A DNA stretch of 64,000 bases, from the NCBI RefSeq assembly GCF_006345805.1, contig NC_043004.1, positions 37,200,001 to 37,264,000 of the forward strand. The letters run 5' to 3'. Origin of the DNA: Octopus sinensis. Lineage: Eukaryota. Below, piece after piece: positions 10,828-20,708 of this stretch (positions within the stretch are counted from its first letter, which is position 1; each line of letters opens with the position of its first letter). A program made the position numbers and the translations under genes. Below the pieces are notes generated by a model that worked only from the letters and a program-made list of their open reading frames with translations, searched no databases and was not told where the DNA came from.

Positions 10828-12768
10828 GATTTTATTATTACCCACAAGGGGCGAACGTAGAGGGGGACAGTACAATCGGGGGAAAAAAATAAAAATAATG
10901 AATTATGAAAATATGTATAAATGTGGTGTAATGCTCCACCCGATCCCCGAAATCAGGCGGTTACATTTCGTCATTTTATAATGTTTTCAACAGTAACAAA
11001 TTCATTTTTCAGCATTTTACAATACATTTCAGTACATTTCAAAATATAATTTCAAAATACATTATCAATTACAGAAAAATTGTTTTCACAAATTCACATA
11101 TAAATCTTTCGCAATACATCTTTAAGGTTTCAAAATACATAACCAAAAGTCTTTCCAAATTTTCTCCTTTTCTTTTTTTTTTTTTTTTCCTTTAATTTTA
11201 AATTATCTCCATTACCTTTTTTAGGTCATTATAGTTTTCCATTTCTTTTGGGTACCTTAGTAGTCGGCACTTCATTTGTCTTGTTACATTCGTTCCAGCG
11301 GCTTTGATAAACGCCTCGGCGTTGTCTTCATGGATCAGTGCACCCGTTTCCTTCCACTCCGTGCCCATCCTGACCCATGAATATCCTTCCGTTTCGCTTA
11401 TAAGTTCTTCCATTTCGCCACAGTGTTTATACCAATGTACCAATGTTTATACCATTGTACCAATGTTCCGTAAAATTTGTATCTTCTATTTGACCCTATG
11501 TTTTCTTTGGTTTTCCTCTTCGGGCTTACTTCTTCTTTACTTCCCTCTCTCGGTTTTTCTCTTTCTCTCTTTTTGCTTTCCTTTTCTTTTTCCTTCTCTT
11601 GTCTTTTTGGTTCTTTGTCTGTCGTATGTTCTTTTCCTGTTTTTTCTTTTTCTTTTTGTGTAGTAGCCTTTCCTTTCTCTTGGTTCTGTTCCTTCTCTTG
11701 TTTTTTCCTGTTTTTTCACTTTCCTTTATTTTACTTTCTTTTTCTTTCTCTATTACCTGTGGCTTTTGTTCTTTTTCTATTAATTCCTTCTCTTTGCCTT
11801 CATTTTCCTTCTGTGTATTGTTATTTCCTTTTACCGTTGTTTCCTTTTCCTTGCTTTCTTTCTCCTTTAGAGTATTGTTCCCTTCTTCGGGTTCTTTTTC
11901 TTTCTCTTTTCTGTTTTCCTCTGCTCTTTCACACTCCGCCACAAATTCGTAAAGCGGACATTCTTTTTTAATATGACCTCTTGTCCCACATAGATAACAG
12001 TTGGGCTTCCTCCCCTCAACTATTACGCAGAGGGGTCTACCATCTTCTACTTCTATTTGGAAGGGAATTCGGTCTATATCTCTGTTTGTGGCTGTCAGCC
12101 ACATCTCTATTCCGAATCCCTTCCATTTCACTATGCTGGTCTCTTTTATCGATCCAATTTCTACACCTTCTTCTGCTGATCCTAGGATGGCTGTTACCAG
12201 CCATTCTGTTTTTAAATTTGGGGTTATGTTTGGGATTTTAACCCGCACCCCTCTTTTCCCCTTGTAGGTAGGCCACATGACGAAGTTTTCGCCTCTGAGT
12301 ACGGTGGTAGCTAGTGAGGCCGCAACTTCTTTTGTTGCGTACCTCACCTCCACCGTACCATATTTTCTGCCTCTGCATACAAAGGTAGCCTTTTTCATAA
12401 CGTCGTCCAGACATTTTTCTATGTCTTCTATCGCTATTCTCGATAGCTTTCTTGTGGTCGTGTCCTGTGTCCTATAGATTATAGTTTTGTCCTCTTTTCC
12501 CTCCTTTGCTTCAACAGGGGGGACCAGCTTCACTCTGTCATCCTCCCTTTCAATGAATTTCTCAAATTCCTCAAGCTGTTCTTTTTTAAAGAACACCTCT
12601 CTTACTGTCAGCGGCGTATCGCTTTTCATTGCGGCGACCCCCGCGTAAGTCTCCATGACTTGAGGGTCGGCGCACTTTCTACAAAAAGTTTCTAACGCGC
12701 AGCGGCAAATGCCTCGCGCGATTCAAATTTCAATTTCTATCTACAAAACTATCAATTACTTAACCGAC
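10828..12768 (-). mobile_element. ORF1-only non-autonomous Tx1/L1-clade retroelement, copy A
   Basis: Has a 5' UTR, a single ORF1, a 3' UTR and a tail shared with the adjacent LINE. No APE or RT. Flanked by the direct repeat GAGTATTCAGTT (10816-10827 and 12769-12780). Confidence 0.8.
11198..12656 (-). pseudogene. ORF1p (RRM-like region, CX2CX4HX4C knuckle, K/E-rich linker, C-terminal domain), frameshifted
   Basis: 376 aa ORF with CYLCGTRGHIKKEC. The C-terminal part (11198-11443) is separated by A-run frameshift(s) and a 20 bp tandem duplication at 11424-11463. Confidence 0.8.
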
Positions 12769-13024
12769 GAGTATTCAGTTGATTTTATTACTACCCACAA
12801 GGGGCGAACATAGAGGGGACAATACAATCTGATGTGGGGTCAGACATACGGATGGTTTTTACAAAAAATCGGATTTAAAAATATCATGAAATTACAAAAA
12901 TACACACAAAATCGAATGATGGAATAGACCGGAAGACATTACAGATGGAGTGGGTGCGGGTTTAGCTCGGACCCCACGAGCCCCGCCTCTCCACTGATAC
13001 TTTTGGTTGCGCTTGGTATTACAT

Positions 13025-16000
13025 TTATGTTGTATCTTTTACTCGCAACTTCCGTGCCACATCTTTCCATCGTTCTTCATACACTCTCCTAGTCAGGCAT
13101 ATTCTCTCCAGCCCTATCTTCCTTTTCAGGTGGAAGATGAAATAATTCATCAAACCAGGGCCAGAGATGAACTTGCCTGACTGTAAACCTTTCACTCTCG
13201 TCTTCCATATCACCTCTTTCGCAATTGCTACTACGACGAGAAAACGAAACTTACCTTCATTCACGAGAAAATCCGGTGGGTCAATTTTTGTAATCGACTC
13301 AGTCGACAGCTGTACTCTTCGTGTACCTGACAACAGCTGTTCGGCATAAACCCACACCTCAGACACGTCCGGACAATGAACAATAGCGTGCGGAACGGTT
13401 TCCCTATCCCGCCCGCATCTTGGACATATCGGACTGTCTCGGCCACCGTGCCTTGCGAGTTTATCCCGAACAGGTAGAGCTCCTCTGTAGCATTGCCATG
13501 CCAGAGACTTCTGGAAGTTGTCCAGTGTCCTCGGCTTGAACGTACGTCGGAACAGACTGGCCAGCTGATTATCGTCGAGACCTAGGGTTTCCCCCAAGGT
13601 ATCTTCACATTCCGCCTCTACCAACCCTCTATAGAAGAATGTGGTGGAACCCCCACCGCAGGCGTTGCCCGAGCGACGGAATAGCAGGAGAGCCTTGCGA
13701 CACTCCGTGTACCAAGTACCGAGTTTCGATCTACGATCCAGCCAGGTTTCCCGTCCACCGAAACTAGTGAACTTGGAAACATCAGTTTTGCTAACGGAGA
13801 CCACACCCGTTCACCATCCAGGTAGAGCCACAGATGTCTTAACCTCAGCGCATGTCTGCGCATCATCAGCCAAGGCATCCCTAGCCCACCCTTTAACGGT
13901 TGTTGACAGCAAGTAGAGCGTTTCACAAGTGGTTTCCTACCCTTCCACAAGAAGTAGAAGAGCTGTCTTTCCAACTTGGTCAACCACGAATCGGGGCAAG
14001 GAACGACGGAAAGGCGGTAGGTGATAACCGATGCGATAAACACATTGGCCACCTCCGCCCTCCCTTTCAAGGATAGCCACCGCCAAGACCAGGTCTTGGC
14101 TACTGCAGCCACCTTGCTCGTTCCACCTCGCCCCAATTCTTCTCTATTTGGAGGTCTGGACCGAACCAGACCCCTAGCAGTTTAATCGGACCCTCCGTCC
14201 AACGTCCCACGACGCTGTCAGGAGGCATCGACTTGCCTCTCCAGGTGCCGAGTTGCAAGCCGACTGACTTTTCGCGATTAACTTTTGCTCCTGTCACCGT
14301 CTCGTAAACCTCTATGGCCTTGCCTACTTTACATAGGTGGTCCATTTCGGTTACGATGATGGTGATGTCATCCGCGTACGCTGACACTGATTTTCCATTA
14401 CCCGGCTGTCTCGGGATGCCGCTCAGTTTTCGCAGTAATGGCTCTAGAGCATCACGTACAAAAGCGGGGAGAGCGGACACCCTTGACGAACCGAGCGTTT
14501 GATTTTGAACGGCTTCGACAAGAAGCCGTTCACCCGAACTACCGAGTCGATGTTATCATACATTTGGATAATCCACCTGAGGAAGCCAAGGCTCAGCCCG
14601 AACTGTGCCAGGCAGATACCAGTAACGATGGTCGACCCTATCAAAGGCTTTAGATTGGTCTAAATGGACCAGTACCCCACCCTTGCCAGAATCATTATTA
14701 AACCCCTCTATAGTGTACCGCATTAGATGGAGATTATCCTGAATGGATCTGCCCGGAACGGCACATGTCTGTGCCTCTCCGATCAGACCATCCGCGACAC
14801 GCGCCAATCTTTTCGATAACACTTTGGCCAAAATCTTCAACTCTGTGTTTAGCAGAGTGATGGGCCTGAAATTATCAATGCACTCCCCCTTGCTCGGGTC
14901 CTTTCTGACGAGAGTCACTACTCCCCGGCGCACAGATCTGGGTATAAGCCCGTTCTGCTGCCAGTTCGCATAGACCTCCGCCAGTAGGTGCCCGAACAAG
15001 TCTGGCATACTCTTATATAACTCATAGGGTAGACCATCCAAACCCGGCGCCTTGCCTGCGCCGCAGTCCGCCATTGCCTCAAACACCTCCTCAGGCGTGA
15101 TTGGCCCTTCACAGCCCTCCGCATCTCGCCCCGATAAGCGCGGCAGCCCGTCGAGTAGGTCCGTAAAGGCCCTCCTCCTATCCAGTACGCCGCACTCACC
15201 GAAAATCTGAGCGAAGTGCTCCTGAAAGGCCTCACACATCTCCTCGGGTTCATTTATCAACTCACCTTGTTGGTTCGTCAAAGATCGAATCGTGGCACCG
15301 TTACCATGCTGAGCTTCCACCACTCGGGCCTCTCACGGCATTGATTCCTTCACATCCCATATGGCGGATTCTAGCCCTGACAATGCAGCCCATGTGTTTG
15401 GCCTCGAGGTGCTGGTTTAACACCAGTCTCTTGGACGCCACCTGAGCCGCAGAGCCAGTTTTCATGGCTTCCTCTAATTCCTTAACTAGAGTATTATCCC
15501 CTCTAGCCTCTCTAGCCACTACTCCTATGCTATATCTAATAGACTCAAACTTGATGGCTCGTTTGAGGGCGTACCACCATTTGTTATTAATGATGGCACC
15601 AGACAGCGCCCTCTGAATTATGGTCCTAATCCGGTCTTTGTACTCCTTAATCGCCAAAAGGGACGTATTAAGTTTCCAGTAACCGGATCCTCTATTTCTA
15701 ACCTTATCTATGTCAAGCTTACAAGTGACCATTTTATGATCACTGTAGCTGATCGGGTAAAACTGTGGACACTTAGCTATTTTACTGTCTACTTTTCTAA
15801 TTAGAATTCTATCTATATATGACCTGGAAGATCCGTCGCTGTTTGACCATGTCCACAATGAGCGTTCGAAATTCCAGCCTATACGGATCTGCTAGCTCAA
15901 AGCGGCTTAGCAGTTCCATGAAGCCACTGTTACCTCTCCTATCTGGACACGAGCCAACACAATCTACATCCGCTTTGCAAATGTGTTAAAGTCTCCTAGC

Positions 16001-16414
16001 ACCACTAATGAATGCGAAGTACCGAGAAATTTTTCTAGATCACGAAAATAATCACTTTGCCCTTTTTTACTGTTGGGTACGTAAATTGCAACCAGTCTGA
16101 TAACTTTACCATTACTGAACGTCAAATCCATGACGACCACCCTACCTTCTGGATCTGCAAAAATTAACTTTTTCTCAGAACCCGGTTTCTTTTTAATAGG
16201 ACAACACCCCTCTCCCGCCTGTAGGACTGCCAGGAGAGAAAAAACTCTCGTAGCCGTCAAACAGCGGGAGAAGACCTCTTGGCCCCTCTAACCAGGTTTC
16301 TGTAGCAACAATAACATCTAAATTACGCGACCTGATATCATGCAGGAAGCGACCTTGCTTCCAGCCTGCTCCCAGGCCGCGCACATTCAAACAACCAACA
16401 TAAATGTAATCCAT
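13025..16414 (-). pseudogene. ORF2p: AP endonuclease, reverse transcriptase and C-terminal Cys domain, with multiple frameshifts
   Basis: CLNVRGL, VATET, VLGDFN, SYIDRIL and SDHK (APE); GYWKLN; KAPGLDG, FRPITLLN, DQSKAFDRVDH, SVRQGCPLSP and AYADD (RT); CPRCG...HAIVHC. Confidence 0.92.
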
Positions 16415-16422
16415 TACTTACT

Positions 16423-17753
16423 TTATATCAGTGGTTCGGTTTTTTCGTTTTCTTCTTTTTTTGTCTCTTTTTCTGGGCCTCGTGGGGGAGTCTGACGCAG
16501 GCCCTCGAATATATATGGAGATGTTATATCCATTCTGAGCGGGCCTACGTCATGGAAAAATTCGGACTTTATCCGTCCGTAATCCTTCCGGCCTATTCTG
16601 TACAAAACATAGTCGTTTTTCTTCCCTATTTTTTCTACTTTGGCCATCGCTGCCAACACATTTCCTAGTCTATTGTTCGTGGCCTTAACGGCCATAAATG
16701 AGTTCAATGATTCCCTTTTTTTTTTTGGTTTACTTTGGGAGGGGTGGTTTCAGTTTTTCTTTTTTTCCTGGTGATTTTTGACCACCCCTCCTCCTTTTTC
16801 GTTTCCTCGCTCTTTTTTTTCCTCTTCCGTTGGTTCCGCTGCCTCTGTCACCTCCACACCTTCAGTCGTCCCTCCTGGGCCGACCAGCGCTGTTTCTGAC
16901 GACACGGCTTCTTCTTTTCCACTTGGCTGAGCTGCTTCCTGCGGTTTGGGTTGGGGCTGGCATTCTGCCCTTACATGCCCTTTCTTACCGCAGCCGAAGC
17001 ACCTCGGCTTTCTGCCCTCTACGAAGACTGTGACTCTTTCATCTTCGCTTATCTTTAGAGTCTCTGGGATCTCTTCCAGGGTTTGTACTTCTGCTTGTAT
17101 GGCTATTATATTTTTTGCCCTTTCCAGAATTCTTCTTCTTCTACGGTGGCCTGGAGGATGTTTATTTTTTCCTCCAGGCCTACCATAACTGCTGCCACCA
17201 TGACTTCGGCATCCGCTTCTGGCGGAATGTTATTCATGTGATCTTGGAAGTTCTCTTGCCTTTATACAGGGGTAGGAGAACAATATCCTCCGCTTTTATG
17301 GGTTCCATGGATAGCTTCTTCGCTACCTCCTCTGACGTGAATCTCACCTCCACTGTGCCGTATTTCTTCCCTCGATTGATATATGTTATTTTATCCATAA
17401 TCGGCTTTAAGCAGTTTTCGATCTTTTTCTCCTCTATTTTGTATTGCTCTGCTTGTTATACTGAATGTCTTATGATTATTCTCCTATTCGAAATTCCTCC
17501 GTATTTGGGCGTTTGAAGCCACGGTTACTTCCGTGCCCTCTTTTGACACACAGTCTGCATGTTTTCCCAGGTTGTCCACGTTAATTTTTTTAATTTTCTT
17601 CCCAGCTACTTCAGAAAATTTTCTCGCTGGTGCTGGAATGTCTTTTTCCTTTGGCGACCCCGCCTCTTTTTTCTTTGGCGACACCGCCTCTTTTTTCTTT
17701 GGCGACACCGCCGGTGATCCTGCATCACTTGAATTCGAGATGGGGGATTCCAT
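16423..17753 (-). pseudogene. ORF1p of the Tx1-like LINE, frameshifted
   Basis: RGKKYGTVEVRF, LPLYKGKR and VEGRKPRCFGCGKKGHVRAEC are homologous to the ORF1s of copies A and C. It has N-terminal SPKK repeats and stops 8 nt before the ORF2 ATG. Confidence 0.85.
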
Positions 17754-18028
17754 CTCTGATATCTGGCTTTAACAAGCCCTTGGCACAACCAAGATAATGA
17801 TAGCTCTTTCCCCCACGGAGGGGGGAAACACCAACACGGAGCCCTCGCACGAAGGCCGACTTCAACAGTTTTACAACAACACAGAAAGACAGCTAGACAC
17901 ACAGTAGATCACAACGGAGAAAATATACACAAAAAAAATACTAACTCACTATACACTATGACGAGCTGGTGAAAGTTCAGTTTTTGAGTATCTATGAATA
18001 TGAATCAGTGTCATTATATCACATCCTT

Positions 18029-20036
18029 TGTTTTATTATTACCCACTAGGGGCTACATAGATAGGACAATACAATCGGGAAAATGAATAATGAATTATGA
18101 AATTTGTACAATGTGGTGCAATGCCCACTCGATCCCCGAAATCGAGCGGTTACATTTCGTCAATTAATTTTGTTCGTCAACAATATTTTCAAATAAAACA
18201 TTTTATGCATTTTCAACATACATTTCAAAAAGTTTTACAAAAGTTCAACATTTCTTTTTTTTTTTTTTTTTTTTTTTTTTCCGATTTTAAAGTTCTTTTT
18301 ATCATTTCCAAATTAAGTTTTCACAATACCTTTTCTTTTATATATACTCCATTATGTCTACCAACTCTGGGTAAAATTCCATTGTTCGAGGCCACCTTGT
18401 AAGTCGGCATTTCATATGTTTTGACACGTTCTCGCCAGCTGCCTCGATGAACGCCTCGGCGTCTTTCTCGTGGACGAGTGCACCTGTTTCTTTCCATTCG
18501 GTGCCCATCCTGACCCACGTATATCCGTTTGTTACGCTTATTAAATCTTCCATCTCCTCACAGTGCCTGTGATGGATTAACGTTCCATAGTATTTGAATT
18601 TTCTATTCGTATCTACGTTTTCTCTAGTTTTTCTCTTAGGACTTACTTCCTCTTTTTTCTCCTCCCTCGGTTTCTCTCTTTCTCTCTTTTTGCTTTCTCT
18701 TCTTTCTTTTTCCTTCTCTTGTCTTTTTGGCTCTTTGTCTGCCGTCTCTCTACCCTGTGCCTTAATTCCATTCTGTTGTTTCTTTTCCTTTTTGCATACC
18801 ATTTTTCCTTTCTCTTGGTTCTGTTCCTTCTCTTGTCTTTTGTTCTTTGTCTGCCGTCTCTCTACCCTGTGTCTTAAGTTCCTTTCCTGTTGTTTCTTTT
18901 CCTTTCTCTCGGTTCTGTTCCTTCTCTTGTTCTTTTCCTGCTTTTTCTCTTCCCTTTAATGTACTTTCCTTTTCTTTCTCTTTCTTCTGCCTTGGCTCCT
19001 TCTCCACTACTTCTGCACCCTGTGAATTTTGCTCCTTTTCTACTATCTTCTTCCTTTGTTTTCATTTTCCTTCAGTGCGCTGTTACTTCCCTTCTCTTGT
19101 TGTTTCTCCGTTATTTCCTTTTCCTTGTTTTCGCTGTTCTTTCCTTCGTGTTCGTTTTCCTTCTCTCCACTTTGTGTCTCTTTTTGCTCCGCTGTGAATT
19201 CATACAGCGGACATTCCTTTTTTATGTGCCCTCTTGATCCGCACAGGTAGCAATTCGGTTTTCTGCCTTCCACTATTACACTAATTGTCTTCTCGTTTTC
19301 TATTTCTATTTGGAAGGGAAATCTTTCGATGTCTTCCATTTTGGCCATTAGCCACAACTCTACTCCGTATCCCTTCCAATTTACAACGTTCGACTCCTTA
19401 ATTGACCCTATTTCTACTTCCTCTTTTGCTGCCCCAATAATGGCTGTTACCAGCATTTCTGTTTTAATATTTGGGGGCACCTTTGGGACTCTTACCCGTA
19501 CCCCTCGTCTTCCTTTATACGTCGGCCACATGGTGAAATTTTCCGCTTTCAGGACAGTGGAAGCCAATGAGGCCGCCACTTCCTTTGTTGCGCATCTCAC
19601 CTCCACCGTACCATATTTCTTTCCTCTGTCTACAAAAGTCGCTTTTTTCATAATGTCCCCCAGACATTTCTCTATTTCTTCAATCGTCACTCTCACCAGT
19701 TTTCTCGTGTTTCTATCTTGCGTTCTATACGTTATCGTCTTGTTAATTTTTTCTTCTATTGTTTCCACAGGCGGGACCAGCTTCACGCTGTCACCCTCCC
19801 TTTTGACGAACTTCTCGTATTCCTTCAATTGTTCTTTTCTAAAGAACACTTCTCTTATTCTAAGAGACTCGTCACTTTTTGTTGTGGCGACCCCCGCGTA
19901 AGTCTCCATGACTTGAGGGTCGACACACCTTCTATAAAAGGTTCAAACACGTAGCGGCATACGCCTCGCGCGATTCAATTTTTAACAGTCTTTTTTCAAT
20001 TATCACATACAGAATAACTCACAACACATTATATGG
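18029..20036 (-). mobile_element. ORF1-only non-autonomous Tx1/L1-clade retroelement, copy C
   Basis: Colinear with copy A from 5' UTR to tail. Perfect 16 bp TSD ATTATATCACATCCTT at 18013-18028 and 20037-20052. Confidence 0.88.
18338..19909 (-). pseudogene. ORF1p of copy C, frameshifted in the low-complexity linker
   Basis: 288 aa N-terminal ORF with CYLCGSRGHIKKEC. The C-terminal ORF 18338-18802 contains WVRMGTEWKETGALVHE, and the linker has ~113 bp internal repeats. Confidence 0.8.
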
Positions 20037-20220
20037 ATTATATCACATCCTTGTATCAGATTTTTTTCAAGATTTTTTTCACGTTTAAATAAGAAATTAA
20101 AATCATTTAGTTCATCATGCAATTTTGGGAATATTCCATTTTTTATTAATATATACTACAATAACAAAGGAATTATTTAAGATTTTAGATTTATGCATAA
20201 GTATTCTTATGGTTCCAAAA

Positions 20221-20500
20221 CACATGGTTCTCAGTTCAGTCCCACTGTGTGGTAACTTGGCATGTGTCTTCTACTGTAGCCTGAGACCAACCAAAGCCTT
20301 GTCAGTGGATTTTGTAGACAGAAACTGAAAGAAATCAATCGTATATATATCTATGTATGTAAGTCTGTGTGTGTGTCTTTGTGTTTCTCCCTCATCACTG
20401 CTTCACAACTGGTGTTCGTTTATTTACATCCCCATAACATACTGGTTTCACAAGAAGAAACTGATAGAATAAGTACCAGGCTTATCAAAATTTTAAAAAG
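20221..20500 (+). mobile_element. tRNA-derived SINE family 2, degenerate; part of a ~330 bp local tandem duplication (second unit 20639-20708 plus 23494-23760)
   Basis: Matches the reverse complement of the 42953-43325 copy. Confidence 0.75.
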
Positions 20501-20576
20501 CTCTACGCAGTGTCTCACATTTTTGTTTGCCCACTCAGTTGTATCTATCAATTTATCTTTGTGTGTGTGTGTACAT

Positions 20577-20640
<64 letters not shown>

Positions 20641-20708
20641 ATTTCGTGGACAGGAACTGAAACAAATCAATCGTATATATATGTATGTATATATGTAAGT
20701 GTATGTGT

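Larger units (their letters stand above)
12781..17975 (-). mobile_element. Near full-length Tx1-like (L1 clade) LINE, copy B
   Basis: Two ORFs, a 3' UTR and the shared tail. A possible short TSD TTCAGTT at 12774-12780 and 17976-17982. Confidence 0.9.

Noticed and set aside
11304-12477. Plus-strand hydrophobic F/L/S-rich ORFs (also 18594-19954)
   Set aside because: They are antisense shadows of the purine-rich ORF1 strand.
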